Made by a program: the position numbers and the translations under genes
Shown: piece by piece, positions 26,331 to 40,400 of the stretch
Layout of the letters: the number at the start of each line of letters is the position of its first letter
How positions within the stretch are numbered: position 1 is the first letter of the stretch
DNA from: Octopus vulgaris
Lineage: Eukaryota
Assembly: GCA_951406725.2 (NCBI GenBank)
Contig: OX597814.1
Coordinates: 21,824,001-21,888,000 of the forward strand
DNA: 64,000 nt
Direction: 5' to 3'
The notes under the pieces: model-generated
Databases searched by the model: none
What the model saw: the letters and a program-made list of their open reading frames with translations, nothing else
Told to the model about the DNA's origin: nothing

Positions 26331-29300
26331 CACACACAAACATATATATACACCCCCATATGGCTCACTCGCTAGCTTTTTCATTTTTCTCTTTATTATT
26401 CAATCTCCTTCAGTGTATTGAATCTAAACCAATAAATAACTTCTTTATATATTTTTATACACATGCACACATATGTATTCTTTTACTAAAATGGTAAACT
26501 AGCAGAATCATTAGCATACTGGATGAAATGCTTAATGGCATTTCTTTCAGCTTTATGATCTGAATTCAAATGACACTAAGGTTGGCCTCTCCTTTCATTC
26601 TTTTGGAGAGTCGATAAATTAAAGTACCAGTTGTGAACTGGGGTCAATGTAATCAGTTTATCCTCGCTCTAGCACTAAAATTGGAATCCATTACATATTC
26701 TTTTATTGGTTTCTCTTTGGACTGCAACCACACTGTGGTATTGTCGATGATATCAACACTGCCAGTATTTTGGTTCTTGTTCAATTGATCTTACATAAGA
26801 CAGAAACCAAGTTAACCTGACCATAAAAGTATATATCTCAGATGTAACTTAACTAATACAAACATACTCATCTGATAAACTTTCACACAGTTTTCATGTT
26901 CTGCCTTAAGGCCAGGAAGAAGATATTTACCAAGATTGGACATAGTGAGATTGAACTCAGTTTCTTGTGGGCAGGAGTAAAGCAAAATTCTTAACCCTTT
27001 CATTACCAGCCCGGCTGAAACCCGCTCTGACTCTGAGTATAAATGTCTTGTTTTCATAAGTTCTGAATTTAAATCGTCCACCAAACCTTAGTCACAATTT
27101 ATGTTCCTTACACTAGCTTAATGATAACCAAGTTATTTTACTAAATTCTTTGTTATATTTAAAGTAATTGAAAGAAACTCAAAGCTTCTCAAAATAAATA
27201 CAGTAATGAAAGGGTTAAACACATAGAGATGTCTATGGTTATTAATTCTTTATACCACAAGATTCCGTACACATTTTATCAATCAAATTCCACTTACAAG
27301 GTCAACCTGGAGCTCTGGTAGACCACACTTATGCAAAGTGTTATGCAGGACTTCCAAACCTGAACTTATGTGGTTGCAAAACAAAGTTGGCAACCACATA
27401 ACCATGTCTTTGCCAATGTTTCAAAGCCTTAGTGTATGATACTAAATAGCAATATGATACTGACTTTCTACCCTCTGTATCATGATTTCAAGTGTTGCTG
27501 AATTTGACATTGCTATTCATCTTTCCAGAATCAATGAAGTAGGTACCAGTAATATACTAGAGTTAATTCAATGCTCTACATCATACATCTCTAAGGAAAA
27601 GAATTTTGTTCATATACCTCATTCAAAGGAAGCAGTAATAATTATAAGGGAAGTTAGGGAGTCATCATCATTAGTAGCAGCAGCAGCAGCTTCTTCATTA
27701 TTAGCAGCAGCAGCAGCAGCAACAATGTCTTCATCATCATCATCATCCTCATCATCATCATCATCATCATCATCACCAGCAACATCTTCATTATCATCAT
27801 ATGTGTGTTTTCCATGCTGGTATGGGTTGGATAGTTTGAAAGGATCCAGTGGGCCAGAGGTCTATCTCATCAAATTCAAATTAGATTACCATCCTTATTA
27901 ATTCCATTTTGAATCAATTTATTAAAAACTGAAAACAAAATTTTACATTAAAAAATTTAAACATTGACTCACCTACTTCTATAATTTTCCTCATCCTTTT
28001 GCAATTTAATCATTGAAATTTTGTTTTAAACATTTTGCACTATTGCTCTGCCTAAGATTTTTTTACACTACGTGCATAAGTACATGGCAAGCTGGATGAC
28101 TATGTGTCTGTTCCTGTTTGTTGCCTCTCTGTGTGTGCATGTGTGTGTGTGTGTGTATGTGTGTGTGCATGTGTGTGTGTGTGTGTATGTGTGTGTGTGC
28201 ATCTATGTGTGTGTATGTGTGCATGCACGTGTATGTGTGTATTTGTGTATGAGAAATAATGAGCTTTCTGTGAAATTAATTCTTAATTCCTTGAAATTAT
28301 CTCCCCTTTTCTTTGATCATCACTAACAGTTGCCACAAGGTTTTTGTTTTCACTTTCCAACTAAGAAACAAATTTCATTTCATTGAAAATTTTTTTCATG
28401 TATGTCATTTAGTCCATCTCCATCTATTTACCTGTTATTCATGCAGTTTCGCAAATATATTTCAAAAAAGTTTGCAAAATAATTATTGTCAATATTAACT
28501 TCCTATTATTTATATTTTTATGAGAACTAAATCTTGCAAAATTGGGTTTCCTCTTTGATTTTCAGGAATGCTTATTGCATATATTTGATTAATTTGTGTA
28601 TGGAGTGTGAAGAAGTAGAATTCCTTCATGACACAGATGTGTTCATTGACACCTGATCTTGTCTTGATTTAGTTCTCATCTAAACAATTTCTTGACCTTT
28701 GAATGCATACCCTGCTCTGTTGCATGTTTGTGATGGGAATAGTGATAATTTTTTATTGATATTTTGTTAATATTGGTGATGGTATGTAAGTACTGTATAG
28801 TAACATGTGATCATTTCAAGTAGTCTATTTTTTCCTTATTGTTATGGTATCATGCTGATGCAAAGAAGAATAGTTTCAGCAATATTGTGTTTATCTGTAT
28901 CTGCATCATAATGTTTGCTAACTTTCTTCTTGCTTTTGTGTGAATATTCTTCAAATAGGGTAGGTATATAATATGAAATTTCTAAATATCTATGTATTTG
29001 AAACATTTGTTTAAATTATCTCATGAGCTACCTGACCAGTTATTGAAGTCATCTCTAGGGAAAACTATTTTTTTGTTGTCTTTTAGCAGAAGCTAGGAAT
29101 GAATATACTTTTTATCTCCCCAATCAGTTTAACAATTCATTCCATTAAATGAATGGTAATTATTTCCTTGTCCATTGAGAAACAAACTCAAAGCCATTTC
29201 ATTTAGAATTAAGATACAGGAATATTCCTGATAATGTTGGACTATCATCAACTACCATATGTTGATTCATAAATTTTGTTGTTTTAATACTGATTCCATA

Positions 29301-31045
29301 TTTAATCCGCTACCAACAGTACATCTCTTTATTGGTTGGTAAGTATAATTTAAAGAATAAATACCAGAATGGCAAAAAAGTGTGAGTAAAATTTCCTAAG
29401 AATCTTCATGGAAAATTTTACTGAGAGATCTACTTGTTGATAAAGAATTTAACGTTTGTAGAAAAGATAATACACAATTGTTAAATAGCTTTCAAGCCGT
29501 CATACAAGAAGAATTTTTTTTCAAAATCATTTTTGTTTGCTTTTCTTGTATTTTTACTTCGATAAAAAAATAACTTTTTGATGTAAATTGGAAGGTAATG
29601 AAAGACACTTAATATTACAGAATTGGAGAAAAATACATTTATCCAACATTTTTACATTTACAAATTCTAATCATGAACAGAAAAATTTCTGGAAGAAGTA
29701 AATATTGAATATATTTTTTCCAACTGTCAGTGTTAAGTGGTTTCTGTTGCATTCATATGTCTGTAATTAAAGGAGAATGCTCTAAGTAAACTACAAGGTA
29801 ATAATTTTGTGAATTTACCCAATAATTATCCTTAATTACCATTTGTATTTACTGCATTGTTAGAATGGATCAATTTGTTCTTATTTTTGTCTTGACAGAT
29901 TCAAACATATAGCAAAGTCTTTTTCGCTGTTTCAGCTTTTATTTTTGGAAATCGTTTCTAGGCAATTATTTTAGCATATATCCTTGTTAAATTTCAATTG
30001 CAAAATGTTAATTTTCTAGTTATGAGAAACTGTTGAACACTACAGAATCATTTTTATAAAAAAAAGTTGGGGTATCAAAACTGTTTACAGGTCATACCTT
30101 GCACACAATATTTGATACTTACAGACAAATTTCTTCATCTTCAGGTTTCCTAAAAATTATTATATTTCCCATAAATGTCATGAATAAACCATGAAGTTTA
30201 TGGTTTTGTTTATAAATTAGATATGTAAATATCTGGTGTAATATTCTTGTTTAGAAATAAATTAGTGTAATGATCATGGCCATGTCATATTCTTTTAAGC
30301 ATGAGACTCAATTCACTTGCTTGGATAAGAGTTGGAATTATTAATTTAACCAGACATATAGGTCTGCCAGACTCTTGCCAAAAGTTGAAAGTATTAAGGG
30401 ATTCTATTTCATCATTGGTTTAGAACTTCTTCCATTTTGCTCTCTTTATCCTTGTATGTGTTTATGCAATTCCTAAAATACATATTTTACTGGGAAAAGT
30501 TCGTTGAAATTATCAATCTATGAACAAACATACATATTCAATTATCATGGAGTACTTAACTTATATATGAGATCTGTTCTGAAAAACCATTATTGAAATT
30601 AAATTTTGTGTGAGAGTGAAAGACTTAGCAGGAATGTGAGTTGATTTAATAATTTAATATTGCAATTTTGATTTCTATCATAAAATATTTTATTGTGCAA
30701 TCAAGCTATAAATAAAAATGGCCAGTAAAATCTAAAAAGAAAAGCCATATTCAATACAGAGACTGAAGAATTATTCATTTTCAATATATTTGTTTATTGC
30801 AAAACACCACAAATATCACAACTAAATGTCAAGGCTATACATCGTCATAGAACTCAAATCAAGCATAGACATGTGTATTTATCATAATAATAAACAACTT
30901 GGTTTCAGGCTATTTGTTATGTATGTAGCTTGAAGGTAACAATATGGATTTAATTTTGAAATAACTCAAAGAAAACATCACATATGGGCTCATTAATGTT
31001 TACTGCAAATGAGATTTCAATTGTTGCAGGGAAGGGCATAACTAC

Positions 31046-31076
<31 letters not shown>

Positions 31077-31361
31077 AGTAGCAATGATAATGATAATAAT
31101 TCCTAAATACTCAATATATTGTGTAAAATATTTTTATTATTTATAATATAAATAAATATGACTACTGCTCCGATAGAGGCTTCAACAAAGGAATGTAATT
31201 TTGTGTGAAAAGTTCTCTCAAATGGCATTTGTATTTTAGGGGTTCTGCATTTGTGATAGTGTATTGTTAATATCCAGTCAGGTAGGTACCTGATGAAATG
31301 TCAGATAAGGATATTAGATAGGCTTATACACACATGCATACATATACATATATACATGCAT

Positions 31362-31392
<31 letters not shown>

Positions 31393-32667
31393 CAAATGGA
31401 GGTGCAATGGCCCAGTGGTTAGTGCAGCGGACTCGCGGTTGTAGGATCACAGTTTCGATTCCCAGACCGGGCATTGTGAGGGTTTATTGAGCGAAAATAC
31501 CTAAAGCTCCACGAGACCTCCGGGAGAGGGTGGTAGCTATCCCTGCTATACTCTTTCGACACAAATTTCTCTCACTCTTTCTTCTGTTGGCCTGCTTGCT
31601 TAGCCAGCGGGGTGGCGTCATTTGAAGGCTAAAACAATGCGGACGTTAAATGATGATGATAATGATACATGAGTCCAACTCATGCCACATGACCATACCA
31701 GCGCAAACGTCTCTCTTGCATACCACAACTGATGCTTCTTAGGTCCAACTTTTCTCTCAAGGTACTTACACTCTGTCGAGTATGAACACTGACATTAAAC
31801 ATCCATCGGAGCATACTAGCTTCATTTCTTGTGATCTTACGCATTTCCTCAGCAGTTATGGCCCCTGTTTCACTGACATGTAGCATGGCTGTTCGTACAC
31901 ATGTGTCATACAGTCTGCCTTTTACTCTGAGCGAGAGGCCTTTTGTCACCAGCAGAGGTAAGAGCTCTCTGAACTTTGCCCAAGCTATTCTTACTCTAGC
32001 AGTTACACTTTCAGCACACCCGCCCCCGCTACTGACTTGGTCACCTAGGTAACAGAAGCTATCAACTATTTCTAGTTTTTCTCCCTGGAATGTGGCAGAA
32101 GTTGGTCTCAGAGCATTTTCAGTGTTTATTGCTCCTGAGCATCTGCCACATACAAAAACTATCTTCCTAGTTAGCCTTCCTTTGACATTGCTGCACCTCT
32201 TATGTGTCCATAGCTTGCACTTGGTGCATCTTATAGAGTTTCTACCTACGCCTTTTCTACAGATCGAGCTGGGCCATCTACCTGAAGGCGTTTCTGATTT
32301 GTCTACCTTCCTACTTATTAGGACTTTGGTTTTAGCTAGATTTACTCTAAGGCCCTTCGATTCTAATCCTTGCTTCCACACCTGAAACTTCTCCCCCAGT
32401 TCTGATAGTGACTCAGCAATTGGAGCAAGGTCATCAGCATAGAGGAGCTCCCGGGGGCATCCTGTTTTGAATTCCTCCGTTATTGCCTGGAGGACTATGA
32501 TAAATAGGAGGGGGTTGAGGACTGAGCCTTGGTGGATCCCTGCCTCTACCCGGAATTCTTCACTGTACTCGTTGCCAACTCTCACCTTACTAGCGACGTC
32601 CCTGTACATGGCTCACACAGCTCTCACTAACCAATATATATATATATATATGCATATATATATATGC

Positions 32668-32710
<43 letters not shown>

Positions 32711-33925
32711 CATATATATATATGTCCATATGTGTTTAGTGCTGACTGTCAGAAAAAGAGTACTCAATACCGCGGCAGAGATTGATATTTTATTTTGACT
32801 CCATCAGTCTCTGTGGGTGTACAGGTATAATTCGGTTGAAGATCCTCTGCCCCCAAAGGCAAAACTCGGTGTAGCACAACACTGGCTCAAACAAAATGAA
32901 ATTAAATATTTCATATATAGATATGTATGTATGTATGTATGATGATATATCTTTGTGTGTGTGTGTGTGTGCGTGTGTATTTTTACTATACTTAAATAAG
33001 AATGTTGTTGTCAGTGACATTGAAGCTTTGGCCAGAGTCACTCTCAATAACATTCTCGCTTAAGAATTATAAATTTCTTCTCTACAAAAGTATAGTGTAA
33101 CTCATCATATTAATGTAAAATTGTTTTTAATACAACAGAACATAAAAGCAAAACTATATATATAACAAAAGAGGTGTGTTTCCACACAGAAAAAAATATA
33201 GTCACATTTGTTGTTGAAAATGTACCTAAGTTTGGAAAACTTGTAATTGTTTAAAATAGGTTTATTTACATATATACCAGACTAGCTTCAACAATTATTT
33301 TTTGTTTATCAATGGTAAAAGTTTAAAATTATGAATTAGAAAAACATCTTTAAAAGTTTCAGTGTTTACAAATTAAAATGTTTCAATGTTGACAAATTAA
33401 AATGTTCATAACATTTTAATTTGTCAACATTGAAACTTTTAAAGATGTTTTTTTTAATTCATAATTTTAAACTCTTACCATTGATAAACAAAAAATATTG
33501 TTGAAACTAGTTTGGTATGTACGTAAATAAATATATTTTTAACAATTACAAGTTTTCCAAATTTAGGTGCAACAAATTTGCCTATATATATATATTTATA
33601 TATATATATATATCTGATTTGAAGTTTAATTTTCATCAATAAATCAAGTATTTAAAGAGCAAATTCTGTGGTTGAATAGCTTAGAGCCTTTGGGTTTTCT
33701 GTTATCAACTTTAAATACAATATTACATAAATGTGTTCTGAGTTCACCTTGAGAAATATTTTGAAGTGCTATTCCTAACTACACAATCATTTTTCTTAAG
33801 GTCATCAATTAGGGCATTATTAAGAATACTTAATAATGACTTTAAGTTGCTGTGAATCTGAAAGCTTTAAGCAATTTTTCCCTAGTTATAAAGCTATTTC
33901 AAAGTTAGTTACAATTATATATATA

Positions 33926-33981
<56 letters not shown>

Positions 33982-36900
33982 CAATCGCACACACATACAT
34001 TCATACATGCATGCATGTAGTTATAGATATAGTTATTCTAAAGTAGCTCAGAGTATATTAAAATCCTCACAGATAACACAAGATGAGGGAAACTGCTGGA
34101 AAAAGTAAAAGTAAGTTTCTATAAATATTATTATCAGAAATATCAATAATATCATATCATTTTTATTCATCAGTTCATAAATTTATAAATATAAATTTTT
34201 TTTACTTAAATAACTTTCAAGTCTTTTTTTTTTTTTAATCTAATCATAATTTTAAAAGATATTGATATGATGGAACATGCTTACATGTTACAATATATTA
34301 GATCTGATAAGCTCTCTAGTATCCTAGTAATTATTTCAGTTTACTTAAGACTTTTTATGTGAAATAGTTGTGAGCTAGAGATACTTATTCCTCTGCTTCA
34401 AAAACATTTGCCATAAAAAATTCTCCTTTCGTTCTTTTTTCTTTTCTTTTTGTTTTCATTTTTTTTTTTTTCATGGTTATAAAATTATATATTGATTCTT
34501 GACATTTAGATATCCAAATATATTTTCGTGCATCAACTGAGAAATATTTAGAGATCTTACTGTCTGAAAAATATGCGTTTCATATTTTTTCTTCTATTTT
34601 CAACTATATTTTATCTATTTCTATTGAATTTATTGGGAAAAATTTCTCACAACAGAACATTGTTTTCCACTGAAACATATGTCTAAGAAATCAAAATTAT
34701 ATATAAATGTCTTAAATTATAATATATCAACAAAATTATTCTTCCTATAATTCTTATGGAATTGTGTACATGTGTGTGATATATATATGTATATACCATA
34801 AATCCTCGAGTATAGTCCGCCCTTGAGTATAATACACAGGGAATTTTGGGGGCTGTACTTCTGAAAAACCTAAACCTTGTGTATAATACGCACCCCTTCT
34901 CTAACTTGAGTCAAGGAGGTCTATATAACATCCTTGGTTTGTAAAAATGTGTACGGTAGCGTCCTTTATTATTAAAGTACATATAACATAGTGCAAACGT
35001 GTAGCATTTTTGTGCATTTTGTTTGCAGAAAATAAAGAAATATCAGTAATAACATTTAATAAATGTTGCTTACTGCAAGTTATGGATGATTCTTTTATGA
35101 CTTCATTACTTTCAGGCTTAGCTTAAGGTATTTTCACACCCGACATCAGAAAATGTGTCTGAATAAACATTGCTGGACAGCAAATAGAGACTCGAACATT
35201 GCTTAGAAAATAATTTTCATTTTTAACCTTGTATATAGTACGCACTAGGGATTTTGATCTTTAAATTTTGGGGGGAAATGCGGATTATACTCGAGGATTT
35301 ACCGTATATACATGCATACATATACATATATATCATCATCATCATCACTGATCTATACAGGTTTGTGAAAGTGGACATTAAACCAGTGATGATGGTGGTA
35401 TTGGTCAGGCACAACATTTTGATCTAGTCTGTTTTGCTTGGATGTGCTTCCTGATGCCAAACTTTTTGGTTGCTTGATTGCCTTTCATTATATGCAACCA
35501 TACAGTGGACCTATTCTAAAATCCAGGTTACACATAGGATGTATGTGTGTGTGTGTGTGCTTGTGTGGAGGCACATGGCCAAGTGGTTAAATGTTGCACT
35601 CATGGTTGCTAGAATGTGTTCAATTCCCTGACTGAGCAGCATGTGTTCTTGAGCAAAACACTTAATTTCATATTGCTCCAGTCCACTCAGCTATAAATGA
35701 GTGAGCCTGTGATGGAACAGTCTTCCAATTGAGGGAATGTTGGCCTGCTCATTCAGCCAGCAAGGTGGTATCATTTAAAACCAAAAACATTGTGAAGCAC
35801 ATTGTGATCAGTGATGTATGACAATGTCTGATAGTCTTGTCATTATCATGAACACCCTATCTGATTAACTCATTGGTCAAATGAGCTAATAAGAGAGGCT
35901 CTATATGGTTGTCAACATACTAAACATAGCAGCCAAATCTCCAAACCAACCTTTACCATCTTGAATGGCACAAAGATAAGATAATCAAAGGAATGCTATG
36001 ATTGAAAAAAATTATCAACTTGTTATGACTTGAATGTCTTTGATCATGTGTCTGTTCAATCCAGGCTGGCTGGATTACTCAAATATTATTCAGTGGTCAG
36101 TAATATTTGATATTTTACCGCTGTTAATACATTACACCAATTTTTTGTGCAGTCCCCTGTGAACACATCTACCCAATCATCATCATCATCATCATTTAAC
36201 ATCCACCTGCCATGCTAGCATGGGTGGGATGGCTTCACAAGAGCCAGCCAAGCACAAGCCTGCACCAAACATCTGTGACTGTTTTCGGAGGATTTTTACA
36301 ACTGGATACCCTTCCTAACACCAGCCACCCAACAGAGTGAACTAAGTGCTTTTTACACAGCACAAGCACATATGAGTTTAGTTTTGGCAAGGTTTTTAGA
36401 GCTGGATGCCCTTCCGAACACCAACCACTTTACAGTGTGGACTGGGTACTTTTAAGCGGCACCTGCACTAACAGGGTCACAAAGTACTTGCAAGACAAAA
36501 AAAACCCCTCTAAAACGTTAATATGTGTATTCAAAAAGGCCAATGGCCTTGTACACTGAATAGAATGAAGTTATAGAGTAGGGTTTGTATACCAACATAT
36601 AACTTTAAACTTTTCCAAGATTGTGTTGTGTCATGTCCTTCCAGAGTCTACGAAATAAATGCGGTTGAGTACTGACTCTAACTGGCTCTACTCTTTTCAT
36701 ATTTTGAGATTTTACACCTATGTAAGAAAGCAATATGGATATGCAGTATGATAGACTTCATTTATATGCAATATGATAGACTTCACTGGGCAATAGCTCA
36801 GTGGTTAGAGCAGCAGACTCGCAGTTGTAGGATCGTGGTTTCGATTCCCAGATCGGGCGTTGTGAGTGTTTATTGAGCGAAAACACCTAAAGCTCAATGA

Positions 36901-37446
36901 GGCTCTGGCAGGGGGTGGTGGCGATCCCTGCTGGACTCTTTCGCCGCAACTTTCTCTCACTCTTTCTTCTGTTGGCCTTCTCGCTTAGCCAGCAGGGTGG
37001 TGTCATTTAAAGGCTAAAACAATGCAAAGTGCATTGTGACCAGCGATGTGTAGCAACATCTGATAGCCTGGTTGGTCACGTGATCACATAGTTTCATAAA
37101 AATATAGATTATAGCTGTTTCTACTCTCCAACCTATGCCAAAGACTGAAGCCAGAGGCAGACTTTAATATTTCCTTATTAATATATCATGGTTTTTCTTG
37201 TTTTTGGCTATTTTTCTAACATAACTGATGAATATTTAGCAGAATATAACCAAAAACAATATATTTTTGTCTTCTGCAGTACAACTCAACTGCCTTAATA
37301 CTATTATTATTTACTCAATTTTTGGTACATAGTGTATGTACATGTGTAAGTGTGCATATGCATGCATCTGTGTCTGTGTATATATACATACATATAAATA
37401 AATATAAATATATACACATATATATGTTCATATACATATACACATA

Positions 37447-37484
<38 letters not shown>

Positions 37485-40400
37485 CGGAAGGGCATCCAGC
37501 CATAGAAACACTGCCAGATCTGACTGGGCCTGACGAAGCCTTCCAGCTTCACAGACCCCAGTTGACCCGTCCAACCCATGCTAGCATGGAAAGCGGACGC
37601 TAAATGATGATGATGATGATGATACACATATATATACATATATATATACATACATATATACACATATATATACATATATTTATACACACACACATATATA
37701 TACACACATATACATGCACATATATGTACATATACACACTCGTATATGTATGTAGATGTATATATGAGGCTGTCTCCTACTTCTCTGATACCACCCCAAT
37801 GTGGCCACAGCTGAATGGCTGAAACCAGCTATAGATTAAAAGAGATATTTGTTCCAACTGAAACACATTCTTTCTTACAAAGACAAATTATGACTTTTGG
37901 CAAGTATTGCCTTTGAGAACATAAGTGTGACCTTTGCTTTTTTTTTTTTTTTTTTTTTTCACATGTATGTGTGTAGGGACTGAAGTTTGTTTCCATAGTA
38001 ACACATTTTAAGTATCATTTCTCTTGTTTCAATATATTTTGCAATTTTGTCTATGGAGATGAATGTATTGCTAACAATGCCTAATTACCTCTACTTTTAC
38101 ACCAATTACATTATTGGATAATTAATTCTAAATGACTTCTTATAAAGCAGTAGGAAAAAGTTAAATTAGAAGTTCCCTCTAATAATGTATTTTATTCTGA
38201 ACTATTCCACCTAGATATATAAATTATGGTAGCCAAATTTAAGTTTGGTTCAGTGATTTTCTGAGAAGCTGAACAGACTTACAGCTGGCACGCTCATACA
38301 TAAAATATGAGTTGAAAAATCTCTGAATAATTGAAAATATCCCTGCAATTAGTAAACAAAAACTTCCTCCAAAATACACTAATATCAGCCAAGTGATTTT
38401 TGTTTTTCCTAAATAGACAGTGTAGATAGATGTGGATGATATGGAAGCCTACTTTGATAACAATCTTTAAAGAGTTAACTATGTTTGACTTTAGTTGACC
38501 TACAGAAGGCATTTCTCTTGTAAATATTAGTTGTGACCTTCAATGAAAAAACATGATATCTCGTTAACTTTGGTTAGCTCAAACAAAATGATCCAACAGA
38601 AAATAAATATACACGTGGTGCAATTTCTGTTTTATATACAAATGGTTAATATTCATAGTCAAGTAAATTCACACCCCAAATAGTTTAAAATAGAAACATA
38701 CAGTAGACACACCCCAAATAGTTTAAAAAACAAGCCTACAGTAGACAATTAGATTCTGCTATCAGTATTATTCTCTAAGATTCTTTTTAGAAAAATTAAT
38801 CGATACTTCATGTTAAACAAGAGATAATTTTGTAAATAAATTCCAGAAACCTGTCATATAATTACCAGTCTATTTCCTTACAAAATCAAGTTGAAAAAAT
38901 TTAAAGTGAACCATTTATGGACTCCTGGTGTGTCTACTGGGTTAGTGCTTAACCCTGTCTCTTGTTGTGAAAGAAATATGAATCAAAGCTGTACAATAGA
39001 TTTGGGTTATCAGAGGAGTTTACTACAACAAACCAACTATTATCTTCACTTTGTCATTATGAGTCAATGAGAGCCCCTATGTGGACACTTGAATTGTTAG
39101 AAAAAGCAATCAAATCTTCTACAAATCATAACTTATCTTAAAAAAGAAAAACTCTCTGGATGTGTTATGTACAAAAAAAGGAAGGCAAGTTGGACATAGT
39201 TAGAATGCTTTTGACCATAGATCTGCTTAACCAGGCTGACCTGGAGCCAAACAAGAATTATGTAGTACCTAATTATCATGTAGTCTCTAACTACAGCTAA
39301 ATGGATTGTTAAGAACTGTCATGTATACAGTGCTGCATCAGACATTTCCTTTATATCTGTTGGAGGCAGTGCACCATATTGATAATGCTTCTTACCCTTC
39401 TGAATCCACACTGAGTTTCAAGCAATCTCAATTGCATTTTTCTCATTTTGTTGAGCAATGCTTTTGTGAAATCATTGTGACTGCATCAGGTTGCAAAATC
39501 CCTCTACGGTACCTGTATTCATTCCTATTACCTTTTTTTAGGAAACGTGTAATTAATTCATCATCATCATTATCATCGTTTAATGTCTGCTTTCCATGCT
39601 AGCATGGGTTGGACGATTTGACTGAGAACTGGGGAACCAGATTGCTGCACCAGGCTCCAATCTGATCTGGCAGAGTTTCTATAGCTGGATGCCCTTCCTA
39701 ACACCAACCACTCCGAGAGTGTAGTGGGTGCTTTTAAATATAATAATAAAGAAATGTAACATATGACTCCCTAGATGCATGACCAAGTATAAAAAACAAA
39801 TCGTCATCAAAAATGGATACTTACATGATGGTCAGATCTTTTATCTTTTACTGGTTTCAGTCATTGAACTGTGATCATGCTGGAGTACCATCTTCTTAAA
39901 AAGTCTAATCAAACAAATCTCTTTCAGTACTTATTTTAAGTCTGGTACTTATTCTATCAGTCTCTGGGAATGTAAACAAACCAGTACAGGTTGCTGAGTT
40001 ATAGTGGGAAACACACACACACACACATACATATGACAGGCTTCCACATACTTTCTGCCTATCAAATTCCCTCACTAGACATTGTTCAGTCTGGGGCTCT
40101 TATAGAAGACACTTGCCCAAGGTGTTGCATAGTGGAACTGAATCCAAACCATATGGTTGCTAAGTGAGCTTCTTAACCACACAGCCATACCTTCAGGGAT
40201 AAATATATTATAAGCTTTTATTATACTTAGAAGTAAAACTACTATCAACAAAAATTATTGTAAACCAACAATAATTTTCAGTACAATATCTGTACCAGAG
40301 AACTATGAAGGAATGTTGTTAAGGTGGGGGAGAAGATTATTTAACCTCTAGAAAAATCTATTTAATCACATCTAGGAAACAGGTAATAACAGATTATTCA

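Noticed and set aside
28566-28781. Possible exon ttttcag|...GATG|GTATGT
   Set aside because: Stops in all frames examined and no similarity to KCC; unsupported without RNA data.
31398-31470. tRNA-like sequence (also at 36787, 45180, 63830)
   Set aside because: These are SINE heads continuing into a shared repeat body, with no clean cloverleaf.
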